The notes under the pieces: model-generated
What the model saw: the letters and a program-made list of their open reading frames with translations, nothing else
What the model was told of the DNA's origin: nothing
Databases searched by the model: none
In this document: positions 38,662 to 47,898 of the stretch, one piece after another
Layout of the letters: each line of letters opens with the position of its first letter
Position numbering within the stretch: the first letter of the stretch is position 1
DNA from: an uncultured Actinomycetes bacterium
Lineage (GTDB): Bacteria > Actinomycetota > UBA4738 > JBBDTT01
Direction: 5' to 3'
Length of the DNA stretch: 64,000 nt
Assembly: GCA_963742735.1 (NCBI GenBank)
Contig: CAVUMN010000001.1
Span: forward strand, 1 to 64,000
Position numbers and translations under genes: made by a program

Positions 38662-41600
38662 ATGCAGGCGTGTCCGAACTGCGGGGAGCAGAACCCGGAT
38701 CGCGCGAAGTTCTGCCTCGAGTGCGGGACGACGTTCGCCGACGCCGCGACCGGACCCCGGCGCGAGGTCCGCAAGACCGTCACCGTCCTGTTCTCCGACC
38801 TGGCCGGGTCGACCGCCCTCGGCGAGCGCCTGGACCCTGAGTCCCTCCGGCGGGTCATGGACCGCTACTTCGAGCGGATGTCGGCCGTGGTGGAATCCCA
38901 CGGCGGCGTCGTGGAGAAGTTCATCGGCGACGCGGTCATGGCCGTCTTCGGGATCCCGGTCCTCCACGAGGACGACGCCCTGCGCGCCGTGCGCGCGGCC
39001 GCCGGGATGCGTGCGGCGCTCGTCGCCCTGAACGAGGAGCTCGCGACCGACTTCGAAGTCGGCATCGAGGTGCGGACCGGAGTGAACACCGGCGAGGTGG
39101 TCACCGGCCAGGGCGGCGACCAAAGGCTGGTCACCGGCGACGCGGTGAACGTTGCCGCCCGGCTGGAACAGGCCGCCGCCGCCGGCGACATCCTGGTCGG
39201 CGAGTCCACCTATCGCCTCGTCCGCGACGCCGTCGTCGCCGAGCCCGTCGAACCTCTCACCCTGAAGGGCAAGGCCGACCCCGTTCCCGCGTACCGGATC
39301 GTCGAGGTGGAGGCCGGTGCGGAGGGGCTGTCCCGGCGGCTCGACTCGCCCATGGTCGGTCGGGACCACGAGCGGTCCCTGCTGGCCCAGGCGTTTGACC
39401 GTGCCGTCGAGGAGCGAACGTCTCATCTGTTCACGGTCCTCGGATCGGCCGGGGTGGGGAAGTCGCGCCTGGTGGCCGATTTCCTGGACCAAGTCGAGGC
39501 CCGAGCCCAGGTCATCCGGGGACGGTGCCTGCCGTACGGCGAGGGCATCACGTTCTGGCCGATCCGCGAGGTGGTCTCCCGCGCGGCCGGTATCGCCGAG
39601 GAGGACCCTCCCGACCGCGCCATCGCCCTGCTCCGAGAGCTGTTGTCGGAGGAACCCGAATCGATCGCGAACGACGTGGCGGCGCTGCTGGGGTTCGCGC
39701 CGGGGGTCGTCGCCCCCGAGGAGGGCTCCCGCGCCGTGCGCCGCCTGTTCGAGACCCTCGCGCGGCGCCGGCCGCTGGTCGTGTTGTTCGACGACATCCA
39801 CTGGGCGGAGACGGCGTTCCTCGACCTGGTGGAGCACGTGGCCGACCTCTCACGCGACGCCCCGATCCTGCTCCTGTGCGTGGCGCGGCCGGAGCTGTTG
39901 GAGCTCCGGCCCGGGTGGGGTGGGGGGAAGCTGAACGCGACCTCGATCCTGCTGCAGCCGCTGTCCCCCACGGAGTGCCGGACCCTGATGGAGAACCTCC
40001 TGGGCGGCTCCGGCCTGGACGCCGCGACTGCCCAGCGGATCGTCGAGGCGGCCGAGGGCAACGCCCTGTTCGTCGAGCAGATGCTCGCCGCGCTCGTCGA
40101 CGACGGCGTTCTCGAGCGCCGGAACGGCGGCTGGGCCATGCGGGAGGGCGTCGAGTCGGTCCCGGTGCCCGAGTCCATCCAGGCGCTCCTGGCGGCTCGG
40201 CTCGATCGTCTCGGTGAGGCCGAGCGCTCGGTGGTCGAGCGAGCCTCCATCGTCGGCCGAGTCTTCTACCGCTCCGCCGTGGCCGAGCTCTCACCCGAAC
40301 GTCTCCGCCCGAGCGTGGGCGCCGACCTGGTGACGCTGGTCCGGAAGGACCTCATCCGGCCCCAGGGCGCGGAGTTCGCCGACGAGGAGACGTACCGGTT
40401 CCTCCACATGCTGATCCGGGATGCAGCGTACGAGTCGCTGCCGAAGGAGGTCCGCGCAGATCTGCACGAGCGGTTCGCGCGGTGGCTCGAGTCGGTGGCG
40501 GGCTCCCGGGAACGGGAGTTCGAGGAGATCGTCGCGTACCACCTGGAGCAGGCCTGCCTGTACCGGCGGGAGATCGGCGCCTCCGATGCGGCCCTCGAGG
40601 AGCTGGCGCGCGCCACGGCCGGGCGCCTGTTCGCAGTGGCGGAACAGGCCCGCGATCGTGGAGATCCCTCGGCGGCGATCAACCTCTTCGGCCGCGCCCT
40701 CGCGCTGCTTCCCTCGGGCGAGGATCCTCCTCCCCGCTCCCTGCTCGTGTACGGCGAGGTGCTGGAAACTGCCGGCCACCCCCAGCGCGCAGAGGAGGTA
40801 CTCCTTCAGGCCGAAGGGGCGGCCGGGCGGGCAAAGGATGAACCGCTGGGCGCCCTGGCCCACGCCCTGGCGCGAGTGACGACGCTGTCCCTCGACCCGA
40901 CGGTGCCGTTCGCGGAGGTCCTGATCGACCTGACACGGGCGGTCGAGCTCCTCCGCTCCGGAGGTACGGGGGGTCAGCTGGCTCAGGCCCTCCATCTGGT
41001 GGGGCTCCTCGAGTTCTGGCTGGGCCGGTCGGAGGTGTCGCGGACGAGGAACCTGGAGGCACTCGCGCTGGCCCAGGCCGCAGGCGACGAGCGCGAGGTC
41101 GCGCGATCGCGCGAGGCGCTGTGCCTGGGCATGGTGTTCGGCGCCACCCCGGCCTCGACGTGCATCCTGGAGGCCCGTGAGGCCGTCGAGGCGTCGGCCG
41201 GCCGCGTCAGCGAGGCCCAGGCACACGGTGCGCTCGCGATGGGGCTGGCGATGAGCGGAGCGATCGACGAGGGCCGCGCGCATCTGGACCGGAGCCGAAC
41301 CCTGCTCGCGGAATTCGGTCAGCGGATGCACCTGTCGGCCGGACACACCGTGGGCGAGTTCGCGTTGATCGTCGGCCATCCGACCCTGGTCCTTGAGGTG
41401 CTCGAACCGGGACTCAGGGACCTGGAATCCGTCCGCGAGACCGGGTTCGCCTCGACCACGGCGGCGCACCTCGCGCGCGCGTACGTCGACGTCGGGCGCC
41501 TGGAGGAAGCGGAAGCAACGGCCCGGAAGAGCGCCGCCTGGGCCGCCGAGGACGACGCCCACCCCCAGTGCTCCTGGCGCGCGGCGCTCGCCCGCGTGCA

Positions 41601-41853
41601 CGCCCGCCGCGGGGAGCACGAGCAGGCGGCGCGCCTCGCCGCCGAGGCCGTCGCGCTCGCGGAGAACATCGACTACCGGAACACCCGCGCGATGGTGTTC
41701 CTGGCCGCCGCGGAGGTCGCGGAGCTGCGCGGGGACCGTGAGGAGGCCGCCGGCTGGGTTCGCCGGGCCATCGAGGAGTACGAGCTCCGCGAGAACCAGG
41801 TCTCCGCCGCCAGGGCCAGGGAGCGGCTGGCGGGGCTCGAGCGGTCGGCTTAG
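38662..41853 (+). CDS. Class III adenylate/guanylate cyclase with N-terminal zinc ribbon, STAND-type ATPase and TPR region
   Basis: CPNC...CLEC, LFSDLAGST, EKFIGDA, GDAVNVAARLE, Walker A GSAGVGKS, Walker B LFDDIHW. Confidence 0.92.
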   Translation: MQACPNCGEQNPDRAKFCLECGTTFADAATGPRREVRKTVTVLFSDLAGSTALGERLDPESLRRVMDRYFERMSAVVESHGGVVEKFIGDAVMAVFGIPVLHEDDALRAVRAAAGMRAALVALNEELATDFEVGIEVRTGVNTGEVVTGQGGDQRLVTGDAVNVAARLEQAAAAGDILVGESTYRLVRDAVVAEPVEPLTLKGKADPVPAYRIVEVEAGAEGLSRRLDSPMVGRDHERSLLAQAFDRAVEERTSHLFTVLGSAGVGKSRLVADFLDQVEARAQVIRGRCLPYGEGITFWPIREVVSRAAGIAEEDPPDRAIALLRELLSEEPESIANDVAALLGFAPGVVAPEEGSRAVRRLFETLARRRPLVVLFDDIHWAETAFLDLVEHVADLSRDAPILLLCVARPELLELRPGWGGGKLNATSILLQPLSPTECRTLMENLLGGSGLDAATAQRIVEAAEGNALFVEQMLAALVDDGVLERRNGGWAMREGVESVPVPESIQALLAARLDRLGEAERSVVERASIVGRVFYRSAVAELSPERLRPSVGADLVTLVRKDLIRPQGAEFADEETYRFLHMLIRDAAYESLPKEVRADLHERFARWLESVAGSREREFEEIVAYHLEQACLYRREIGASDAALEELARATAGRLFAVAEQARDRGDPSAAINLFGRALALLPSGEDPPPRSLLVYGEVLETAGHPQRAEEVLLQAEGAAGRAKDEPLGALAHALARVTTLSLDPTVPFAEVLIDLTRAVELLRSGGTGGQLAQALHLVGLLEFWLGRSEVSRTRNLEALALAQAAGDEREVARSREALCLGMVFGATPASTCILEAREAVEASAGRVSEAQAHGALAMGLAMSGAIDEGRAHLDRSRTLLAEFGQRMHLSAGHTVGEFALIVGHPTLVLEVLEPGLRDLESVRETGFASTTAAHLARAYVDVGRLEEAEATARKSAAWAAEDDAHPQCSWRAALARVHARRGEHEQAARLAAEAVALAENIDYRNTRAMVFLAAAEVAELRGDREEAAGWVRRAIEEYELRENQVSAARARERLAGLERSA

Positions 41854-42977
41854 CTCGCGCCGCTGTCGACGCTCACGAAGGGCGTGTCGGAGTCCAGCTC
41901 CGAGCGGGCGATGACCTCCTCCAGATAGCGCGGGTCGAAGAACGTGATCTCGAGCTGCTTGGCGCGGCGGAAGTAGAGCTGCATGTCGATGTCCCGGGTG
42001 AAGCCGATGCCGCCGAACACCTGCTGACCGACCTTGGTGGAGCGGCGGAACACGTCGCACGCGTAGAGCTTGGCCATCGCGGCCAGCGGGCCCATGGGCA
42101 GCCCCGACGCGCGCCGCCAGGCCGCCTCGTAGACGAGCACCCGGCCGCCCTCGAACTCGGTGGCGATGTCGGCGAGCGGGTGGGCGATCCCCTGGAAGGA
42201 CCCGATCGGCCGGTCGAACTGGATGCGCTCCTTCGCATATTCCACGGACATCTCGTGGGCCCGCTCGGCGCCGCCGATGGCGTACGCGGCGATGGCGATG
42301 AGGCCGTCGGCCATCGCCTCCTCCAGGATGATCCGGCCGTCGCCCGGGAGGCGGTCCCCGGGCGCATCGGCCAGGTCGAGCTGGTAGTCGGCCTCCGAGC
42401 CCATGGAGGGCGTCTGGGTCAGCGTCACGCCGTCCGCGCGCGGATCCAGCAGGTACGCGGCCATGACCTCGCCCTCGCGGGCCAGGACGATGATCGCGTC
42501 GGCGGAGCTGGCGTACGGCACCATGATCTTGGTGCCGGTGAGTGTTCCGCCTCGGGCCTCCAGCCGGACTCCCTCGGGGCCGGAGCTGGACTCGGGCTCG
42601 TGCCAGGCGACGGTGACGATCGCCTCCCCCGCCGCGATCCTCGGCAGCCACTCGGTCTTCTGCGCGTCAGTCCCCCCGGCCGCGATCAGCCCGGCCGCGA
42701 TGACGGCGCTGACGAGGTGGGGCGAGGGCGCGATCGCCCGGCCGAGCTCCTCGTAGACGACGGCGAGCTCCAGCGGGCCGAGCCCGGCGCCCCCGTGCTC
42801 CTCCCCGACGACCAGGCCGACCAGCCCGGTCTTCGCCAGCTCGTCCCAGAGCTCGGTGCGATAGCCCCTGGGGTCGTCCTCCAGCGCGCGAACGATGTCG
42901 ACGGTCGAATGCTTCGCGCACAGCTCGCGCACGGTCTGACGGAGGAGCTCCTGCTCTTCGGTGAAGTCGAGGTCCAC
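41850..42977 (-). CDS. Acyl-CoA dehydrogenase beta subunit (FadE27/28-like)
   Basis: DLDFTEEQ, ERIQFDRPIGSFQ, QVFGGIGFT. Confidence 0.85.
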   Translation of the reverse strand: MDLDFTEEQELLRQTVRELCAKHSTVDIVRALEDDPRGYRTELWDELAKTGLVGLVVGEEHGGAGLGPLELAVVYEELGRAIAPSPHLVSAVIAAGLIAAGGTDAQKTEWLPRIAAGEAIVTVAWHEPESSSGPEGVRLEARGGTLTGTKIMVPYASSADAIIVLAREGEVMAAYLLDPRADGVTLTQTPSMGSEADYQLDLADAPGDRLPGDGRIILEEAMADGLIAIAAYAIGGAERAHEMSVEYAKERIQFDRPIGSFQGIAHPLADIATEFEGGRVLVYEAAWRRASGLPMGPLAAMAKLYACDVFRRSTKVGQQVFGGIGFTRDIDMQLYFRRAKQLEITFFDPRYLEEVIARSELDSDTPFVSVDSGAS

Positions 42978-42988
42978 GTCGTCTCCTT

Positions 42989-43462
42989 CTAGGGTTGCCA
43001 GTCGTCGCCCGAGCGCGCCCAGGGGCTGGGGCCGTCGCCGGCGAGGATCGCGATGCGCGCCCAGCACTCGACGGCCGTCTCGCCGTTCGCGCTGACGGCG
43101 AGATCCACCTCGGCCCAGGTGCAGCCGGTCTGGTCTGTCTCGACCTTGCTCACGGTGCCGTTGAAGGTCATGCGGTCGCCGGCACAGATCGACCGACGCA
43201 TCCGGAACCGCAGCCGGCCGAGCCGTCCGATGGGCCCGGTCCAGTCGGTGAGGTAGCGCTCGAACCAGCCGGCGAGGTTCGGGGTGTTCAGGAAGATGTC
43301 CTTGGTCCCGACCTTCTCGCGGGCCCAGGCGTGGTCGTGGTGCTGGGGCTGCCAGTCCCGGCTCGCCGACGCGCCCATGATCACGACCCGCGGGGTGACG
43401 TCGACCGTCAGCTCTGGGAGCTTCTCCCCCACCCGCGCGTCCGGCCCGATCGTGTTGATCAC
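42989..43462 (-). CDS. MaoC-like hydratase (ChsH1-like)
   Basis: RDWQPQHHD hydratase motif, DIFLNT, RYLTDWTGP. Confidence 0.8.
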   Translation of the reverse strand: MINTIGPDARVGEKLPELTVDVTPRVVIMGASASRDWQPQHHDHAWAREKVGTKDIFLNTPNLAGWFERYLTDWTGPIGRLGRLRFRMRRSICAGDRMTFNGTVSKVETDQTGCTWAEVDLAVSANGETAVECWARIAILAGDGPSPWARSGDDWQP

Positions 43463-43971
43463 GAGGAGGCCTCCCCGCGGACATAGCTGAACATCTCGTA
43501 GGTCTCCACGCCGACGATCTCGTCGTTCTGGTTGCGATAGGTGACGTCGATCGTCCAGTTGCGGCCCCTGCCGACGCGGCTCTCGCGGAACTCGCCGATC
43601 TCGCGGACGGACTCCGTGGTCCGAACGCGGTCGCCGGGCCGGACCGGTGCGTAAAACGCGATCTCGTTGCGATACACGATGCCGTCGGGGAGGCCGAACG
43701 CCTCCTTCATGCGGAAGTGGAGCTCCAGCGGGCGGACAGCCTCTGCGGCGTCCGGCTTCCACACCAGCGGCCGCATCCAGACCGACAGCATCGACGGCGG
43801 AGCCACCGGTCCACCCGAGAGGTGCTGGGCCTGCTGGGGGTCCCAATACAGCGGGTTCGCGTTCTCCGTGGCCTCCAGCCAGTGCAGGATCGCGCCGGGC
43901 TCGCAGGCGATGTCCCCCAGCGGGTTCTCCAGCTCGACGCCGGTCCACTTCGCGACCAGGTCGTCGGTCAC
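43459..43971 (-). CDS. MaoC-like hydratase partner (ChsH2 N-terminal-like, no DUF35)
   Basis: ILHWLEA..NANPLYWD, VAPPSMLSVW, PVRPGD, TYRNQNDEIV. Confidence 0.8.
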   Translation of the reverse strand: MTDDLVAKWTGVELENPLGDIACEPGAILHWLEATENANPLYWDPQQAQHLSGGPVAPPSMLSVWMRPLVWKPDAAEAVRPLELHFRMKEAFGLPDGIVYRNEIAFYAPVRPGDRVRTTESVREIGEFRESRVGRGRNWTIDVTYRNQNDEIVGVETYEMFSYVRGEASS

Positions 43972-45011
43972 GGGCGATCCCCTCGTGCGAGGACCTCGCC
44001 GACCTGACGGAAGTGGCCGTGGTCGGGGTGTTCGGCCTCGACGATCGCGCCGCGGGCGACGAACTGCGGATCGTCGCCGACCTCGCCGATCGAACGCACC
44101 GGCGCGACGCACGTGTCGAGCGGGGCGAGCACGTCCACCCACGCGTCGCGGTCCCGGATCGCGAACGCCTCCGCCAGCCGCGTACGGAGCTCGTCCTGGC
44201 GCGCGTCGTCGTACTGCGCGTCCGCGAGCTCCTCGAACCCGAGGGCCCGGCACAGGTTCGCGAAGAACTTGCCCTCGATCGCGCCCACCGAGATCCACCG
44301 GCCGTCCGCGCACCGATACACGTCGTAACAGGCGTACTTCCCGGTGAGCAGGCTCGTCCCCGGGCCGGTCTCGACCCCGGTCGCGAGGTGCTCGTCGACG
44401 AACAAGGCCATCAGGTGCAGCACGCCCTCGGCGGTGGAGACGTCCAGGTACGCGCCCTCGCCGGCGGCCTCCCGCCGGAACAGCGCGGCCGCGATCGACA
44501 GCGCCGCGTGCAGGCCGCCCCCCGCGCCGTCGGCCAGCGTGGCGCCGGGGATCGCGGGGCCCCCGTCCTCGCGGCGTCCCTGGGTCCCCAGGAACCCCCC
44601 GACGGCCAGGTAGTTGAGGTCGTGTCCGGCCCACGCCGCGTACGGGCCGTCCTGCCCGTATCCCGTGATGGCGGCGTAGACGATGCGCGGGTTGGTCTCG
44701 CGGCACGCCTCGTAGCCGATCCCGAGGCGGTCGGCGACGCCGGGCCGGTAGGACTCGACCACGACGTCGGCCTCACCCACGAGCCGGTGGAACTCCGTCT
44801 TCCCCTCCTCCGACTTCAGGTCGAGGTCGACGGTTCGGGTTCCCCGGCCCGCGCCGTAGGCATAGAAGGGCGGCTCGATGCGGCCGGCGCCCTTCGGGGG
44901 CAGCACCTTGACGATCGAGGCGCCCAGGTCCCGGAGCGCCGCCGTGCATCGCGCGCCCGGCCCGACCGCGGAGAGGTCCAGGACGGTCACGCCGTCGAGC
45001 GGTCCCGGCAT
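43968..45011 (-). CDS. Family III CoA-transferase, alpha-methylacyl-CoA racemase-like
   Basis: ESYRPGVADRLG, TGYGQDGPY, AGHDLNYLA, LADGAGGG (racemase-type His/Asp). Confidence 0.82.
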   Translation of the reverse strand: MPGPLDGVTVLDLSAVGPGARCTAALRDLGASIVKVLPPKGAGRIEPPFYAYGAGRGTRTVDLDLKSEEGKTEFHRLVGEADVVVESYRPGVADRLGIGYEACRETNPRIVYAAITGYGQDGPYAAWAGHDLNYLAVGGFLGTQGRREDGGPAIPGATLADGAGGGLHAALSIAAALFRREAAGEGAYLDVSTAEGVLHLMALFVDEHLATGVETGPGTSLLTGKYACYDVYRCADGRWISVGAIEGKFFANLCRALGFEELADAQYDDARQDELRTRLAEAFAIRDRDAWVDVLAPLDTCVAPVRSIGEVGDDPQFVARGAIVEAEHPDHGHFRQVGEVLARGDRP

Positions 45012-45018
45012 CGGCCCG

Positions 45019-46201
45019 TCAGCTCTGGACGGGGAGGCCCAGGCCGCGCCGGGCGATGATGTTGCGCTGCACCTCGGACGTCCCCGCGCCGACGGTGTCG
45101 ATCACGCTGTAGCGGTAGATGTGCTCGAAGCGGCCGTCGACGGGCGCGTGCGGCGCTCCGCGGCGAAGGGCTCCCTGCGCGCCGGTGATCGTCAGGAACT
45201 CGTCGGCGACGCGCTGGCCGATCGTGGTCGTCCACAGCTTGAACATCGCCGACTCCAGGTTGGGGACCTCGCCGGCGGCGGCCTTCGTGATCACCCGCAT
45301 GCAGTGCATCCGGGCCACCTCCACCTGCGTGGCCAGCCAGGCGGTGGTCCGGCGCACGTGCGGATCGTCCTTCAGCGCCGTGCCGTCCCGCTGCGCGGTC
45401 CGCACGTAGTCGCGGTACGCCTCGTACTTCTTCACGTAGGCCGCGATCGTGAACAGCGTGAAGCGCTCGAAGTCCAGGGCCTCGGAGACGTAGTAGAAGC
45501 CCTTGTCCACCTCGCCAACGACGTAGTCGTCGGGGATGAACACGTTCTCCAGGAACACCTCGTTCGTGATCTCGTTGTCGCCGATCGTGTCCATGGCCTG
45601 GACGGTGATCCCCTCGGCGCTTCATCGGGACCAGGAAGAGCGTGATGCCCTTGTGTTTGGGGGCGTCGGGGTCGGTGCGGGCGGCCAGCCAGTACCAGTC
45701 GGCGAAGTGGGCCGACGTGGTGAACCGCTTCTGCCCGGTCAGGCTCCAGCCGCCCTCGACCTTCGTCGCTCGGCATTTCAATGCGGCCAGGTCGGAGCCG
45801 GCGTCCGGTTCGGAGTACCCGATGGCGAACTCGACCTCGGCGTTGAGGATCTTGGTCAGGAACTCCTGCTTCAGCCGCTCGTTGCCGTGGCGGATGATCG
45901 TCTTGCCGACGATGCCCACGCCCTTGCCGATCAGCGGCGCGCCGACCGCGGCGAGCTCCTCGTTCAGCAGGTACTCATAGACGCCGGGCTGCTCGTGGCC
46001 GCCGTACTCCTTCGGCCAGGACATACCGATGTAGCCGCGCTCGGCCATCTTCTTCATGAACCCGCGCCGCTCGGGGGTGTCGACGAGCTGGGCCATGCCC
46101 TCGCGGGTGGGATCCATGACCTCGGGCGAGTACGTCTCGCGAAGGAACTCGCGGACCTCTTTCTGGAAGCGCTTCTCGTCCTCGGTCCAGTCGAAGTTCA
46201 C
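45019..46201 (-). CDS. Acyl-CoA dehydrogenase alpha subunit (FadE26/29-like); one frameshift near 45620
   Basis: FAIGYSEPDAGSDLA, GQKRFTT, ARTDPDAPKHKGI, then (after frameshift) TNEVF, LDFER, GAGTSEVQRNII. Confidence 0.85.
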
Positions 46202-46213
46202 ACCGCCAAGAAT

Positions 46214-46232
46214 ATCTGACGGACCGTCAGAT
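46214..46232. promoter_or_regulatory. 19-bp palindromic operator, copy 4
   Basis: ATCTGACGG-A-CCGTCAGAT, perfect, 12 nt upstream of the ACAD GTG. Confidence 0.85.
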
Positions 46233-46307
46233 TTCAGGCGACCGGGTTGCCTCGAAGGAGCCTCGAGGGAGTCTGATAGGCGCGTCACCGCCGGAGGGGA
46301 GCCGGAC

Positions 46308-46628
46308 ATGCCCAAGTACCTGTTCAAGGGTCGGTACTCCGTGGAGGGCGCGCGGGGGCTGCAGGCTGAGGGAGGTACCGCCCGGAGAGAGGCCGTTCGG
46401 GCCGTCGTCGAGGGCGCCGGGGGCACGCTCGAGGCCTACTACTTCGCCTTCGGGGACGTCGACGTGTACGCGATCGCCGACCTTCCCGACAACGCCGCGG
46501 CCACCGCCGTCAGCCTGACGATCGGAACCAGCGGGGCGGCCGGCGTCGAGACCGTCGCGCTCCTCGCGCCCGAAGAGGTCGACGCGGCCGTGAAGATCCA
46601 CCCCAACTACCGCCCGCCCGGCGACTGA
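46308..46628 (+). CDS. GYD-domain protein
   Basis: MPKYLFKGRYSVEG...GGTLEAYYFAFGDVD...YRPPG. GGAGGGGA RBS. Confidence 0.85.
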   Translation: MPKYLFKGRYSVEGARGLQAEGGTARREAVRAVVEGAGGTLEAYYFAFGDVDVYAIADLPDNAAATAVSLTIGTSGAAGVETVALLAPEEVDAAVKIHPNYRPPGD

Positions 46629-47302
46629 CCCCGGCATGCACCAGCGCTCCCACGCCGGCCATCACCGCCGACGCGGCGGCCTGTTTCGTTCACTGATGGC
46701 GCGGCTGCGCTGGACCGGACGGCGCCGGCGCAACGGGCGGATGTGGGGCCGGGTCAGCGGGAAGTGGCGGTAGCCGCCGCGGTAGGAAGACGCCGACCGG
46801 AGTCGAAACGCCGCTTCGCGCCCGGATACGGCAGACCGCCTGGACTCGATCGTTCACCGCATGGTGAGGGCGACTACGCGGAGGTTAGCTGCAGCTGGCC
46901 TTGTGTCGTATACGACGGATCCCGCAGCTAGAGCTCGGTCGCTGGATCGAGGACGATGAGGTTGCCGGGACGACATCCTCACTGATATGAGCTTGCCGAT
47001 CGCCGGCGGGACTGCTCGCCCTCGGCGCGACGCGGCCACGCGAGTCGGCAACCCGGGCGTGGTCAGGGTAGACCGTGGACCATCTGGACCGAGCGGAAGA
47101 CGCCGGCCGCAGCGACTTGACGCATGGTCGGCAGAGCGGAGTAGGATGACGGTACCGGACGTCCACCGTGGAGGTCGAGAACGCGCATCCGTACATGTGA
47201 TCCCAGCTAGGCCCAGGGGCGCGTCCTCGCCGGCGAGCTCGATCCGGGACGAGGCGCCTCGAGGCACCTCGACGCCGCGAGGGCCGGAATCGGTGCGCGC
47301 GG
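46629..47302. other. About 670-bp apparently non-coding, hairpin-rich region (candidate ncRNA or relic element)
   Basis: No ORF with host-like codon pattern, several nested stems, and GGAAGACGCCG repeated twice. Confidence 0.4.
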
Positions 47303-47896
47303 CTAGTCGGAGGTGGCGGTGAGGCTGCTCGCGCGCCACCGGCAGAACTGAACCACCTCTCCCGCCAGGGTCTGGAGCTGGAACGCCACCTTGTCGTCGA
47401 CGCACACGCCGGTCTCGTCGAACGTCGGGAGGGTCGAGTTGATGGCCGCGCCGAGGGGTGTGACCCAGCCGCGAAGCGCGTGCACGATCGCGCGCATGGC
47501 CTCGATCGTCGTCACGATCCCCTGCCAGCCCGCGCCGGTGGCGATGATCCCGACCGCCCTGCCGGACAGATACGGGTTGGGGTCCTCGCGCATGTCCTCG
47601 GTGTAGTCGAGGGCGTTCTTCACCATGCCGCTCACGCTGCCGTGGTAGCCGGGTGAGGCGACGATGAGGCCGTCGGCGCGGCGGAGCTCCTCGACGAGCT
47701 GGACCGCCTCGGGCGCGCGCTCGGGGCGCTCCGGGGCGTAGTGCGGAAGCCGTTCCAGGAAGTTGCCGTCGAACCGAGCGGTGGTGGCGCCGTCCTGCTC
47801 GGCGGCCTCGAGGGCGAAGCGCAGGGCCTTCTCGGTGGAGGAGTTGTCGCGGGTGGTTCCGCCGATGCCGACGATGTGCGGGGCCCGCTCGTTCAT
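47303..47896 (-). CDS. NADPH-dependent FMN reductase
   Basis: GIGGTTR..SST, ASPGYHGSVSGMVKNALDY, HALRGW. Confidence 0.9.
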   Translation of the reverse strand: MNERAPHIVGIGGTTRDNSSTEKALRFALEAAEQDGATTARFDGNFLERLPHYAPERPERAPEAVQLVEELRRADGLIVASPGYHGSVSGMVKNALDYTEDMREDPNPYLSGRAVGIIATGAGWQGIVTTIEAMRAIVHALRGWVTPLGAAINSTLPTFDETGVCVDDKVAFQLQTLAGEVVQFCRWRASSLTATSD

Positions 47897-47898
47897 GG

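Noticed and set aside
46743-47405. Short ORFs listed in the 46.7-47.4 kb gap
   Set aside because: They lack host-like codon bias and recognisable motifs.
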